From positions 17,055 through 81,054 of the forward strand of contig JAYGDX010000141.1 in the NCBI GenBank assembly GCA_046582655.1: 64,000 bases of DNA, given 5' to 3'. The notes beneath the pieces were generated by a model. That model saw nothing but the letters and a program-made list of their open reading frames with translations. It had not been told where the DNA came from and made no database searches. Every line of letters begins with the position of its first letter. Positions within the stretch are counted from its first letter, which is position 1. Shown one piece after another: positions 39,511 to 50,343 of this stretch. The position numbers were made by a program, and so were the translations under genes. The stretch comes from Candidatus Poribacteria bacterium. GTDB taxonomy: Bacteria; Poribacteria; WGA-4E; UBA9662.

Positions 39511-41145
39511 TTATGTGTTTTGTGTTTCTGATACAGTTTCAAGATCAAAGGCAGCGGTAATAAGTGACCTAGTATAATCGTCTTGTGGGTCTTCAAAGAT
39601 TGATTCGACTGCACCCCGCTCAACCACTTTTCCATCCCGCATAACGATTACTTGATCCGCCATAGCACGAACAACCTTTAGATCATGGCTGATAAAAATG
39701 TAAGATAGATCATGTTCCCACTGAAGTCGTTGTAACAAATCGATGATTTGTGATTGTACACTCACATCCAGTGAAGAGGTGGGTTCATCAAGTACGATCA
39801 ATCTTGGCTTTAACACAATAGCTCGAGCAATAGCAACCCGTTGCCTTTGTCCGCCAGAAAATTCGTGAGGGTACCGGTCTTTAATTTTGGGATCTAGACC
39901 CACATCCTCTAAGACACTAATAATCATCTCTTCACGTTCCTCTCTATTTTTGGCAATACCGTGCACTTTCATCCCTTCTTCGACAATTTGTCCAACTGAC
40001 ATCCGGGGGTTTAGACTACCGAAAGGATCCTGAAAGATTATCTGCATTTCACGTCGCAGCGGTCGAAGATCATGAAACTTAAGCCCTTGAATTCCCTGAT
40101 CTCTGAACTGAATTTTACCTTCGGATGAGATCAGTCTCAGCAAGGATAATCCAAGTGTCGTCTTACCCGAACCAGATTCACCAACAACACCCAGCGTTTG
40201 TCCCTTGCAGACAGTTATTGTAACACCATCAACAGCTTTTACATAGTCATGAATGCGACGAAAAATCCCCTTTTTTATCGGATACCAGACGCGAAGATTG
40301 TCAGCATGAATCAAGGGTTCCGAAGTTGGGTGAGACTGTTCAGCTCTTTTGGGTTCAGATTGCAGGAGATGTTTGGTATATTCATGAGACGGTTGATCAA
40401 ATATCCTCGTAACAGCCCCTTGCTCTACAATCTGACCATTATTCATTACACACACACGATTGGCCACCTTTTTAACCACTGCCAGATCATGGGTAATGAA
40501 CAGCATTGCCATTTTGAATTGATCTTGCAAATCCTTTAACAGCTTAAGAATTTTCGCCTGAATTGTAACATCTAATGCGGTCGTCGGCTCATCGGCAATG
40601 AGCAGATCAGGCTCATTGGCTAGGGCCATGGCTATCATCACACGTTGCCTCTGCCCGCCGGATAACTCATGTGGGAAGGCGTTAAGCCTTTGGCTCACTT
40701 GTTCCATCCCAACAAGATGGAGCAACTCGAGGGTACGCTGACGTGAAGATTCTTTAGAGAGACCTTTGTGAATTAACAATGTTTCACCCACTTGCTTTCC
40801 AATTGAGTGCAAGGGATTTAAAGAGGTCATGGGTTCTTGAAAGATCATGGAAATCCGGTTTCCACGGACAGAACTCAGTACCGACAAAGATCCACCAACC
40901 AGTTCCTGATCTTCCAGAAGAATACTGCCACTGGGATGGGAAGCGGCAGGATACGGCAACAACTGCAGAATACTCAGAGCGGTCACGGATTTACCGGATC
41001 CAGATTCCCCAACAAGCGCTACAGTCTCACCTCGATTGACAGTAAACGAAACATTTCGTGCGGCATGAACTATCCCCGCCTCAGTGCGAAAATCAACTGA
41101 TAAATTTTCAACTTTCAACATTGTAGAGGCTATTTCCACAGACAC
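39511..41145 (-). CDS. yejF: Peptide ABC transporter dual ATP-binding protein, YejF-like
   Basis: Two GESGSGK Walker A motifs; HELSGGQRQR and HEFSGGQRQR. Confidence 0.85.
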   Translation of the reverse strand: MSVEIASTMLKVENLSVDFRTEAGIVHAARNVSFTVNRGETVALVGESGSGKSVTALSILQLLPYPAASHPSGSILLEDQELVGGSLSVLSSVRGNRISMIFQEPMTSLNPLHSIGKQVGETLLIHKGLSKESSRQRTLELLHLVGMEQVSQRLNAFPHELSGGQRQRVMIAMALANEPDLLIADEPTTALDVTIQAKILKLLKDLQDQFKMAMLFITHDLAVVKKVANRVCVMNNGQIVEQGAVTRIFDQPSHEYTKHLLQSEPKRAEQSHPTSEPLIHADNLRVWYPIKKGIFRRIHDYVKAVDGVTITVCKGQTLGVVGESGSGKTTLGLSLLRLISSEGKIQFRDQGIQGLKFHDLRPLRREMQIIFQDPFGSLNPRMSVGQIVEEGMKVHGIAKNREEREEMIISVLEDVGLDPKIKDRYPHEFSGGQRQRVAIARAIVLKPRLIVLDEPTSSLDVSVQSQIIDLLQRLQWEHDLSYIFISHDLKVVRAMADQVIVMRDGKVVERGAVESIFEDPQDDYTRSLITAAFDLETVSETQNT

Positions 41146-41148
41146 AAA

Positions 41149-42174
41149 CTATTCCTTGGAAGTGGCTAATGTCTTGCGCGGATCAAAGGCGTCACGTACA
41201 GCTTCACCGATGAATATCAGCAAGATCAGCATGATAGCTAATGTTATGAAACTGGTCAAACCAAGCCACGGTGCATGAAGATTGTTCCTTCCCTGCGTAA
41301 TCATTTCACCTAGAGAAGCAGAGCCAGGCGGCAACCCAAACCCAAGAAAATCAAGACCTGTTAACAGAGTAATTGCACCACCGAGGTTAAAAGGTAAAAA
41401 AGTGATGGTTGCCACCATGGCATTTGGCAGGATATGCTTATACATAATGACTACGTTTGAAACACCAAGCCCTCTGGCGGCACGTACAAAATCGAAGTTT
41501 CTGGCACGCAGAAATTCTGCCCGTACCACGCCAACATACCCCATCCAGTTGAAGAGCAGTAAAATGCCAAGCAACCACCAAAAACTGGGCTGTACAACGC
41601 TCGCAAAAATAATCAGCAGATATAATCTTGGCATCGACTGCCATATTTCCATAAAGCGCTGAAACAGAAGATCAATCCAGCCACCAAAGAAACCTTGAAC
41701 AGCCCCGGCAGAAACGCCGATGATACTTGAAAATAGCGTCAGGATAAGCCCAAACAAGAGCGAGATGCGAAAGCCATAGATCAATCTGGCTAAAACATCT
41801 CGACTTTGATCGTCCGTTCCTAACCAATTTTTTTTCGACGGTGATGCAGGAGCGGGACGTCCAAAGACCACTGTGTCGTATGAATACGGAATCAACGGCC
41901 AAATAGCCCATCCCCTTTCTTCAATTAACTCAACAACGAAAGGATCGCCGTAATCAGCTTCTGTTGGAAACTCACCACCGAAACGGGTTTCCGGATAAGA
42001 TTTTACAACTGGAAACAAAAAACTCCCATCAAAATAGATTAATATTGGCTTATCATTGGCGAGGAACTCGCTGAATATGCTAAGACTAAAAAGGATTAAA
42101 AAAATATATAATGAAATATAACCTCGCCGGTTGGCTTTAAAATTAGCAACTCTCCGACGATTGAGAGGTGACAT
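41149..42174 (-). CDS. yejE: Peptide ABC transporter permease, YejE-like
   Basis: RRRVANFKANRRG, LGTDDQSRDV, VRAEFLRARN, GEAVRDAFDPR. Confidence 0.88.
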   Translation of the reverse strand: MSPLNRRRVANFKANRRGYISLYIFLILFSLSIFSEFLANDKPILIYFDGSFLFPVVKSYPETRFGGEFPTEADYGDPFVVELIEERGWAIWPLIPYSYDTVVFGRPAPASPSKKNWLGTDDQSRDVLARLIYGFRISLLFGLILTLFSSIIGVSAGAVQGFFGGWIDLLFQRFMEIWQSMPRLYLLIIFASVVQPSFWWLLGILLLFNWMGYVGVVRAEFLRARNFDFVRAARGLGVSNVVIMYKHILPNAMVATITFLPFNLGGAITLLTGLDFLGFGLPPGSASLGEMITQGRNNLHAPWLGLTSFITLAIMLILLIFIGEAVRDAFDPRKTLATSKE

Positions 42175-42178
42175 TATT

Positions 42179-43297
42179 TCAGACTTCCCTGGTTTCAAAA
42201 TCAATTCTAGGATCAACCAGAGCGTAAGTCAGATCTCCAATAATTCCCATAATCAGTCCAAGCAGGGAAAAAAAGTACAGAGAAGCAAACATAATCGGGT
42301 AATCTCGGTTGATAGCGGCTTCGTACCCTAATAACCCTAATCCATCAAGAGAAAAAAGCACTTCGATAAAAATCGAGCCGGTAAACAGAATGCTGATGAA
42401 GGCACTTGGGAATCCGGCAATGACAATCAGCATAGCGTTACGAAAAACATGACCATACAGTACTTGCCTTTCGCTCAAACCTTTGGCTTTAGCTGTTATC
42501 ACATATTGCATTCCTATTTGGTCAATGAATGAATTTTTTGTTAGATAGGTCAAGGTTGCAAAACCACTAATAACCATGGCCACAACAGGCAGTGTCATAT
42601 GCCATAAATAGTCAAAAATTTTGTGGAATAGGCCAAACTGGTTCCAGTTTTCAGACACCAACCCGCGAATTGGAAACCAAGTGAAATACCTTCCTCCAGC
42701 AAAAACAATGATCAACAAAAGGGCAAATAGGAAACTGGGAATTGCGTACCCAACCGTAATGATACTACTGCTGACAACATCAAACCGCCCACCATCGCCA
42801 ACAGCCTTGGCAATTCCCAGCGGGATAGATATTGTATAAACAAGCAGCGTTGTCCAAAGACCGAGCGAGATGGAAACCGGCATTTTATCAATCACGATGT
42901 CCATCACACGACGATCCTGAAAGAAGCTGTCTCCAAAATCAAAAGTCGCATAATCAATCATCATCTTGAAGAAACGAACATGGATCGGTTTATCCATACC
43001 GTACATTTCCTCTATCTCGGCAATCAGACTGGGGGATAAACCTCTCGCACCGCGATACTTACTGCTCAAATTGGAGGAAGCATCAAATGATTGCCGGTTC
43101 CGATTTTCCCCCATCGCCTCCCCAGTCCCCGAACTGGCGAAACGCGCCGTCGCTTCCACCGCATCTCCGGATAATTCAGCGATCATTCGCTCTACTGGCC
43201 CACCAGGCACAATTTGAATAATAAAAAAATTGATTGTCATGATGCCCAGTAAAGTTGGGACAATAAGAATTAATCGACGCAGTATATAGGCGAACAT
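42179..43297 (-). CDS. yejB: Peptide ABC transporter permease, YejB-like
   Basis: [34 protein letters not shown]. Confidence 0.88.
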   Translation of the reverse strand: MFAYILRRLILIVPTLLGIMTINFFIIQIVPGGPVERMIAELSGDAVEATARFASSGTGEAMGENRNRQSFDASSNLSSKYRGARGLSPSLIAEIEEMYGMDKPIHVRFFKMMIDYATFDFGDSFFQDRRVMDIVIDKMPVSISLGLWTTLLVYTISIPLGIAKAVGDGGRFDVVSSSIITVGYAIPSFLFALLLIIVFAGGRYFTWFPIRGLVSENWNQFGLFHKIFDYLWHMTLPVVAMVISGFATLTYLTKNSFIDQIGMQYVITAKAKGLSERQVLYGHVFRNAMLIVIAGFPSAFISILFTGSIFIEVLFSLDGLGLLGYEAAINRDYPIMFASLYFFSLLGLIMGIIGDLTYALVDPRIDFETREV

Positions 43298-43407
43298 GAT
43301 TATTTTGAGGGAAATAGATATTTTTGCATTCAGATAACAACTAAATTGCAGAACTAAGATGAGATAAGGAGTATATATCCTGCCAGAAAAGAAACAGATA
43401 CTCGCAG

Positions 43408-43458
43408 TTAAAAGACCGCAGGATTGTGGGAAAATGAACTGCGCACATTCCTACGGTC
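43408..43458 (-). terminator. Probable Rho-independent terminator after the 43509-44528 gene
   Basis: Minus-strand stem GACCGUAGGAAUGUG/CACAAUCCUGCGGUC followed by UUUU. Confidence 0.5.
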
Positions 43459-43508
43459 AATCCCAGATTCTTTCTCAGAAATTTCGGTTTCGGGCGGCCA
43501 GAAACCAA

Positions 43509-44528
43509 CTAATCCAATCGAACCTCCATCTCTCGTTTCTCCTCCCACGATCGGACAATAGCATCAACGACCCGTAAAGCCTGAAGACCATCCCGTCCAT
43601 CTGGTTTGGGAGACCTGCCAGCTAACAGGTCCCTGACAAAGGCAGCCATCCGAGGGGCAAAAGTACCATCAAAAGCCAATTGTTCCATACGGAAAATAGA
43701 AGGTCGGTATTCTTCTACAACCTGATTGTCACGCCTCATCAGAGTCGCCCGGCTGATCACATTATCTACCACTATTTCACCACCATCCCCGCATATTTCC
43801 ACCCGTTCAATTGGGTTAATGAAATCACTGTCCCAACTTGCCAATAGTGAGGCCACAGCCTGATCGGCATATCGAAGTGATATTGCCATACTGGTCCAGC
43901 ACGGCGTATCCCCGGCCTTGACACTGTCATAACGAGGTCTTGCCATTTGCACGCTGACAGCAACAATTTCACCTCCAAACCAACGGAGAAGATCAACAGC
44001 ATGGGTTTCCAGTTCATACAGGAGGTAATATTCACCTTTCCAGGAGGAAGCTGGGCCACCTTGTGACAGTTTCATATCGACATAAGCCAACTTGCCACAC
44101 TCTCCAGCATCGAACCACTCCCGTGCCTTGACATAACCGGGAGCAAAACGGCGATTATAATCGATAGCCAGTTCAACCCCCATTTCTTCAGCTTTGGCTA
44201 CCATGGCCTCAGCTTCGTCAATTGACAGGGAAAGCGGTTTCTCGCATTGGACATGCTTACCCGCTTCCAAGCATTCCATTACAGGCTCAAAGTGCAAATG
44301 ATCCGCTGTGACAACATCCACAGCCTGACATTCTTCGTTAGCCAGCATCTCTTTGATTGACGAATACCAGTTGGAAATCCCAAGTTCCTGCGCGCGAGCT
44401 TCGGCTTTGGCTTCATCCATATCGCAGACAGCTACCAGATCTGCTTCTGGACATTGCATATAACCTTGCTGATGCCGGAAACCAATACCTCCACATCCAA
44501 CAGCAGCAATCTTTAATCTTTCTGACAT
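43509..44528 (-). CDS. Gfo/Idh/MocA family oxidoreductase
   Basis: IAAVGCGGIG, VQCEKPLS, DYNRRF, ETHAVD. Confidence 0.92.
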   Translation of the reverse strand: MSERLKIAAVGCGGIGFRHQQGYMQCPEADLVAVCDMDEAKAEARAQELGISNWYSSIKEMLANEECQAVDVVTADHLHFEPVMECLEAGKHVQCEKPLSLSIDEAEAMVAKAEEMGVELAIDYNRRFAPGYVKAREWFDAGECGKLAYVDMKLSQGGPASSWKGEYYLLYELETHAVDLLRWFGGEIVAVSVQMARPRYDSVKAGDTPCWTSMAISLRYADQAVASLLASWDSDFINPIERVEICGDGGEIVVDNVISRATLMRRDNQVVEEYRPSIFRMEQLAFDGTFAPRMAAFVRDLLAGRSPKPDGRDGLQALRVVDAIVRSWEEKREMEVRLD

Positions 44529-44820
44529 CTTAAATCCTTAATCACTCTTTCAATTTCTATATCAAGTGTTGTCAAACAATAATCTTTTTCAACCAGATTA
44601 TTTTCTCAATATCATTTTGATAGTTATCAAATAATTTTTCTATAATTTAAATCTATCACAATTCACCACATTATATCACAAACTGAGCCTTGCCCTTTAA
44701 CCCCATTATTTTCGCAGACAGATCTAAATTAAGTACATAACCATTTTTAGTGCAAATTGCAGAAAACTGATATTCATGTTAGGATAATCTTCGCAAACTT
44801 AAGATTATTAGAGGTATCGA

Positions 44821-45711
44821 ATGCCTATCAATCCTTTTAAAATTTCCGGCCAATGGTATCGTGGGAATACCCATAGTCACAGCACAGAATCGGATGGGAG
44901 ACTGCCGATTGCTGACCGTTTCACCGCCTACCAACAGGCTGGCTATGATTTTCTGGTAATTACCGATCATCGGACGGTTAGCGAGGTTTCTGCCTATAGC
45001 ACTGAAGATTTTTTAGCCATATCCGGAAGTGAGGTTCACCCCGAAAACACCTATGGCGGCAGCACTTATCATATTGTGGCCATTAATATCCACCAAAAAA
45101 TTGATTGTGCAAAACTCCATCCAAATGAGGTTTTGGAAGAGATTAAACAACAGGGTGGAGAAGCTGTACTTTGTCACCCATACTGGTGTGGACACACGCT
45201 TCTAGACTATCAGCCTCTAACCAATTATTTCGCTGTTGAAGTATACAATGATACCTGTACGGGAATTGGAAAAGGATTTTCTGAAGAGGCTTGGGATAAC
45301 ATGCTCGACCGAATTGGTCCAGTACACGGTATTGCGGCAGACGACGCCCATGGCACTGAACACGACTGTTTTCACGCGTGGGTGGTGCTAAAGGCCACGG
45401 AACTCACCACCGATGCCATCATGGATGCTTTTCGTACCGGATCTTTTTATTCCACGCTGGGGCCTGAAATTGTTGACTTAGACTTGATCGAGGGAAATGA
45501 ACATTCGAAAAAGACGATCACCCTAGAGTGTTCCCCTGTACAATCTGTTGTTTTTAAAGGCCAACAAAGCCGAGGAAAATCTGTTGTTGCCCCTGAAGGC
45601 GAATACATAACTCAGGCGGAATACGATGTCCCAAGCGGTACCAGTTACGTACGCGTGGAAATAACGGACGATCACGGCAAAAAGGCGTGGTCTAATCCAT
45701 TCTACTTTTAG
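44821..45711 (+). CDS. PHP-domain metallohydrolase (CehA/McbA-like)
   Basis: GNTHSHSTESDG, ITDH, CHPYW, VEVYN, ADDAH, AWSNP. Confidence 0.85.
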   Translation: MPINPFKISGQWYRGNTHSHSTESDGRLPIADRFTAYQQAGYDFLVITDHRTVSEVSAYSTEDFLAISGSEVHPENTYGGSTYHIVAINIHQKIDCAKLHPNEVLEEIKQQGGEAVLCHPYWCGHTLLDYQPLTNYFAVEVYNDTCTGIGKGFSEEAWDNMLDRIGPVHGIAADDAHGTEHDCFHAWVVLKATELTTDAIMDAFRTGSFYSTLGPEIVDLDLIEGNEHSKKTITLECSPVQSVVFKGQQSRGKSVVAPEGEYITQAEYDVPSGTSYVRVEITDDHGKKAWSNPFYF

Positions 45712-45726
45712 TACTTTTGAATATTC

Positions 45727-47322
45727 CTACTGTGCTAGGATTCTTCTTATTTCTTGTAACCCTTCTAAATACAACTGATTTTTTGGATCAATTTGTAAGG
45801 CCTTTAAAAGACTTTTCTCAGCCTCTACGTATCGACCGGTATTATAGTATATCCAAGCCAATTGATTGAGATAGACACTCGAGCTTGGCGCAAGTCGTAT
45901 AGCAGTTTGCGCTAGTGAAATTGCAATATCCAAATGAATTTGGTTATCAATATATAATTGTACAAGTTTTCCGTACGTCTTTGGGGCTTTGGGTTGCAAA
46001 CGAATAACCTTTTGATACTCTTCAGCAGCTGCTTCTAATTTCTTCTGCTTAACCAAGATAGCGGCCAAAACCATGCGAGCTTGTACTAGATCCGGCTTTA
46101 AAGAAACCGCCTTCTGACAGGCAATAACAGCATCTGTAAGTTTCTGTTGTTTCGCGTAGACGATACCTAGATTAATCCATACTTGAGGAAGATTGGGCTT
46201 TAATTGACCTGCACGTTGATAATATTTTTCTGCACTAGCGAGATCCTGTTGGTGTAGCGCTATTTGTCCTAAGCCGGCGTGAGCTTCTGCCAGTTCAGGT
46301 CTCAGATCTAACGCCTTATAATAAATCCTTTGTCCTTCTTGGTATTCTTTCTGTTGTGTATAAACAGCACCCAATCCAACGTAAGCTTCGACGCAAGCTG
46401 CGTCTCTTTGTAGCGCGCGATCATAAGTCTGTCGTGCTTGTTTCGATCTGTTATACTTTAGGTAGATCGCTCCCAGGTTGCATAGAGCCTCCACTTTCTT
46501 TCTTCCCACGCAATTATGTACCCTTTGTTGATATAGTTGTAGTTCATTTTCCATTTTGCTGAGTTTTTGGAATTTCTGTAAAGCGCTGTCAGCTTCAACC
46601 TTCCTTCCCTGCTGCAAATAGACACGAGCAATGCCGTAATGCGCCTCGCTCAACATAGGCTGAATCTCTATAGCCCGTTGGAAGTGAGTAATTGCCTTCG
46701 TCCAATTTCCCTTCTTAGCGAGAAGTGTTGCCTGTTGTTGGTGTGCTTCTGCCCATGAAGGCGAATTTACTATTGCCCTGTTTGAATGTTCCAGAGCAGC
46801 TTCAACATCTCCCTGTTTCTCATAGATAAGGGATAGATGATACCATGCGTCTGGTATATCGGGATTCAAGTCTAAAGCTTTTTTCAATCGGGTTACAGCA
46901 TCTGTTAATCGATCTAACCGTTCATGTACCAGCCCTTGTCCAATATATGGTTCTGGTAATTCTGGCGCGAGTTGAGATGCCTCCTGATAGGCTTGAAGGG
47001 ATTGGTCATACTGCTCTTGCTGCAAATATGCAAAACCGAGTCCAGTGTATGCTTCTACTAACCATAGATTGATAGATGTTAATGCTATTACCTTTTGGTA
47101 TGTTCCTATCGATTGACCATAATCGTCTTGTTGTAGGTATAAACGTGCTAAACGGGCGAGTAATTCCAATGATTCTGGATTGGATGCCAGAGCTTTTTTG
47201 GTAGCTGATACAGTTGATAAAGAATCATAATCAGATGCTGTGTTCCCCTCTGAGGAGACGCTTCCAGAAAAGGATGCAAGCACCAGACTGAAGACAAGAA
47301 TTAATGACCGACACCACAGCAT
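45727..47322 (-). CDS. Secreted tetratricopeptide-repeat protein
   Basis: Signal peptide followed by about 13 TPR-like units. Confidence 0.88.
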   Translation of the reverse strand: MLWCRSLILVFSLVLASFSGSVSSEGNTASDYDSLSTVSATKKALASNPESLELLARLARLYLQQDDYGQSIGTYQKVIALTSINLWLVEAYTGLGFAYLQQEQYDQSLQAYQEASQLAPELPEPYIGQGLVHERLDRLTDAVTRLKKALDLNPDIPDAWYHLSLIYEKQGDVEAALEHSNRAIVNSPSWAEAHQQQATLLAKKGNWTKAITHFQRAIEIQPMLSEAHYGIARVYLQQGRKVEADSALQKFQKLSKMENELQLYQQRVHNCVGRKKVEALCNLGAIYLKYNRSKQARQTYDRALQRDAACVEAYVGLGAVYTQQKEYQEGQRIYYKALDLRPELAEAHAGLGQIALHQQDLASAEKYYQRAGQLKPNLPQVWINLGIVYAKQQKLTDAVIACQKAVSLKPDLVQARMVLAAILVKQKKLEAAAEEYQKVIRLQPKAPKTYGKLVQLYIDNQIHLDIAISLAQTAIRLAPSSSVYLNQLAWIYYNTGRYVEAEKSLLKALQIDPKNQLYLEGLQEIRRILAQ

Positions 47323-47365
47323 CTGATTTTTCTCTTGGTTAACATAGAACAATAAGGAATGACAC

Positions 47366-47400
47366 AAAAACGCCTGTCAGCGTAACAGAAACTGACAGGC
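47366..47400 (-). terminator. Rho-independent terminator after the LamG gene
   Basis: Perfect 9-bp stem GCCTGTCAG/CTGACAGGC followed by GUUUUU on the minus strand. Confidence 0.6.
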
Positions 47401-47434
47401 ATTTAGGATAACCCAAAAATTTTGTGTTATTTTA

Positions 47435-48214
47435 TCAACGTGATTTGATTGTTCCCCACATGACAGTGAGCCTGTCCTGGGGTGTAACAGCCATAACTGT
47501 TTCCAAACCGTTGTCCATAATCTCTTCAACTTCGTCACCTGATAAAGCTCTATTGAATAATGCCATATCATCCAACATGCCTTTCCAATAGTGACCACTA
47601 CCTTCTCTGAACCCTAGTCCCAGGTAGTTGTCATTGGTAACCATTTTCCCCGACAACTTAGCCTCAGCAACCAATTTCCCGTCGATATAAGTGTACTGGC
47701 TTTTCCCATCGTATATGGCTGCTGTATGATGCCACTTCCCAACCTCAAAAGCATTATTGGGTGAGTTGAAACAGTTTCTCGCTCCACCTGCGTTCTTACA
47801 AAAGTGTGTGTGACGACCACCACTATTAGTAAAGTGTGCGTAGTTTTCGTTTGGTCCCGACATCGGCCCTTTGGAAAAGAAGGTTTGCCAACCATCTCCA
47901 GTTCCTTCCCAATTAAACCAGCAAACCATGGTGACAGCCCCTTCTAGATCTAAGGACTTAGCATCAGGAACTTCAATAAAATCTCCTGATCCACTAAATT
48001 CCAGACACTTCCCGAACTTACCTTTGACCCACTTGGGCTTACCTTGAAAATCTCCATCATTTCCGGCGTCGGAAGAATCTTCAGCTTTGTCTCCAGATCC
48101 TTCGTCAAAAAGCCAAACACCTACAACACCATCCATTATATCAGCGCCAGATGCCATGAACCCCACAGTTGTCAGCAGAAACATCAGTGCGATAAGAAAC
48201 GTGCATGTTTTCAT
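47435..48214 (-). CDS. Secreted LamG/concanavalin A-like jelly-roll protein with C-terminal TWGxIK-type tail
   Basis: Signal peptide; GVWLFDEGSG, GKFGKCLEF, WHHTAAIYDG, GMLDDMALFNRAL, AVTPQDRLTVMWGTIKSR. Confidence 0.9.
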   Translation of the reverse strand: MKTCTFLIALMFLLTTVGFMASGADIMDGVVGVWLFDEGSGDKAEDSSDAGNDGDFQGKPKWVKGKFGKCLEFSGSGDFIEVPDAKSLDLEGAVTMVCWFNWEGTGDGWQTFFSKGPMSGPNENYAHFTNSGGRHTHFCKNAGGARNCFNSPNNAFEVGKWHHTAAIYDGKSQYTYIDGKLVAEAKLSGKMVTNDNYLGLGFREGSGHYWKGMLDDMALFNRALSGDEVEEIMDNGLETVMAVTPQDRLTVMWGTIKSR

Positions 48215-48411
48215 AATTCCCCTCACTTGTTTTTCAATATTATTTAGTTACTGTACCATTTAACCAGCGAATTTGTTCATATTATACACTAAATTAGAAA
48301 CTCAATATAATAAACATTAATACGCCTTGCTTTTCAGCATAGCATATGTTAGAAAAGTGATTAAAATCCAAGCTTGTTAATATAATTTCATTGACATGTG
48401 CGAAAAGACGA

Positions 48412-49044
48412 ATGCCAGTCATAAAAAACGATAAAATTGAAATGCCCGGATGGTGTGAGTTGCAATCCTATGAGCTTGTAGCACTCTCTCCCAACGAAGC
48501 CCACATCTTCAAACGAACCCACCCAAACGAAAAATTGATTATTGGCAAAGGGAAGTGCCAAATTCGGTTCGAAAATCAAGTTGTGCTAGGAGAAAACGGT
48601 ACCAATTTAAATCTAACACAAGAAGACTCCTATTTTGAAATTACTGAAGTAATGCAGGAGACAATTGTCATACGAATGTGCGGTGATTGGCCGGGGGAAA
48701 CCAGTTCAGGGATCTTTACAGTCAGCAAATCGGATGCACCTCAAGATGGTGGCGATCCAGTTGATTATCCGAAAGAAACCAATTTCGATAGCCACTATCA
48801 CGATTGTGACGAATACTGGATCCTATTTGAGGGTAGCGGTACTGCTGTGACAGAAGGTCAATCATGCCAAGTTGAATACGGTGACTGCGTAGCAACAGGT
48901 ATGGGACACCATCATGATTTCCCGCAAGCCACTGAACCTGTCAGGGCAGTTTATTTTGAAACCCTATTAGAAGGTCGAAAACGAAGTGGACATCTGTGGA
49001 ACCATACACATGGTAAAGCCCAACCAGACCTGAAACGGGTTTAA
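48412..49044 (+). CDS. Cupin-domain protein
   Basis: HYHDCDEYW...G.G and GMGHHHD cupin motifs. Confidence 0.8.
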   Translation: MPVIKNDKIEMPGWCELQSYELVALSPNEAHIFKRTHPNEKLIIGKGKCQIRFENQVVLGENGTNLNLTQEDSYFEITEVMQETIVIRMCGDWPGETSSGIFTVSKSDAPQDGGDPVDYPKETNFDSHYHDCDEYWILFEGSGTAVTEGQSCQVEYGDCVATGMGHHHDFPQATEPVRAVYFETLLEGRKRSGHLWNHTHGKAQPDLKRV

Positions 49045-50300
49045 TCCTTTGATAAAGTATACAAGGTAAGCTGACTTGCTGGCGGAACAGCATCACGAGG
49101 CCTGTCGCGGTTTCTGGATAGCGTCTCCCAACGCAGAAGATAGTGTTCGGATAAATTTTGGCCTCGATCACGGCAAGTCTGAACTGTCAAACCAGGGAAA
49201 TCGCCTCTGACTTCCGTTATTTCTAGCAGCAGGGAATCTGCTTGCTGACAAAATGTTTCGACCGGTTCAAGTGTATCCGGATTCAGTCGCCAACCCCCGG
49301 ATCCCATTTCAACATGCGAATAGGATTGCACTAAACTGCCGTCCAGTTCCAAGTGCACTGCACCAACACGAATTTTGGCGCTGATTGAACCATTCCCTTT
49401 GAAATCCCAGCGATAATCCCAATTGGTCACTTGATAAATTTGCCATCGATTACTTTCCAGACGGGCGTTGTAGATTTGCGTCTTTCCTTCAACATCATGT
49501 TTGTGATAACTAACAATCGGTCGATTCTGATGGTCGAACCCCAGTGATTGGTTGATGTTGATCATCCCACCATCAACTGGAACGGGGTCAACAACAACAC
49601 GTTTTTCATCAATGGTAATAGGTAGCTCTATTTCCTCTCCTTGCCCAGTTTCCCATTTTCTCAGATCTCGGCTGCGTGCATAAGAAATGTGGTGGTTAGT
49701 ACGGCAATCCGGTGTGTCTCGCCACATCCAGACCAAATGGAAAAGTTTGTCCCTACCCATAATTGGGCCATGTGAATAAGCATTCATTAACCCTTTACCA
49801 TCGAGCAAAGGCTGACCAATTAAAGGTTGCCATTTCTCAGTCGTTGGATCATAGACATTATAATAATCAACTCCATTTCCGCTCGATCCGTCACGGTAGC
49901 GAAAGATAAGTTCATTTTCTGACCCTCGCATGAAAACTGGATATGTACATCGCCCCTCATTTTGACCAGTCATGTGATCAACCTGAGCAAAACTTTGGAT
50001 ATTCAATGGTTGAGTGGTTCTGAAATAAATTAATGGATCACCATGCATATTGCCGCAAAGGTGGATCTGGTCAGCGTCATCAATTGCCATTGTGACATAG
50101 TTGTGACTGTCCCATCCGACATAGGATGGAAATTTTGCCTGTTCAAAGGAGATCGAATCGATCCGTCGGGCAACAATTTCCATCTGGCGATTGGTATTAT
50201 AGAAAGCAATAAACTGGTGCTGGTCATACGTCAATAAATCAAAGCCAACTGGATGCCCAGCCCAGACCTTTGCAATCTCGATTGAATTAAGGATTTTCAT
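49041..50300 (-). CDS. BNR_4 repeat beta-propeller protein
   Basis: WDSHNYVTMAID..QIHLCGNMH, TYPVF, FRYRDGSSGNG, HISYARSRDL. Confidence 0.8.
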   Translation of the reverse strand: MKILNSIEIAKVWAGHPVGFDLLTYDQHQFIAFYNTNRQMEIVARRIDSISFEQAKFPSYVGWDSHNYVTMAIDDADQIHLCGNMHGDPLIYFRTTQPLNIQSFAQVDHMTGQNEGRCTYPVFMRGSENELIFRYRDGSSGNGVDYYNVYDPTTEKWQPLIGQPLLDGKGLMNAYSHGPIMGRDKLFHLVWMWRDTPDCRTNHHISYARSRDLRKWETGQGEEIELPITIDEKRVVVDPVPVDGGMININQSLGFDHQNRPIVSYHKHDVEGKTQIYNARLESNRWQIYQVTNWDYRWDFKGNGSISAKIRVGAVHLELDGSLVQSYSHVEMGSGGWRLNPDTLEPVETFCQQADSLLLEITEVRGDFPGLTVQTCRDRGQNLSEHYLLRWETLSRNRDRPRDAVPPASQLTLYTLSKD

Positions 50301-50343
50301 AATACCTTAATGAGTTGAGAGGGAAATATTTCTACTGAATTTT

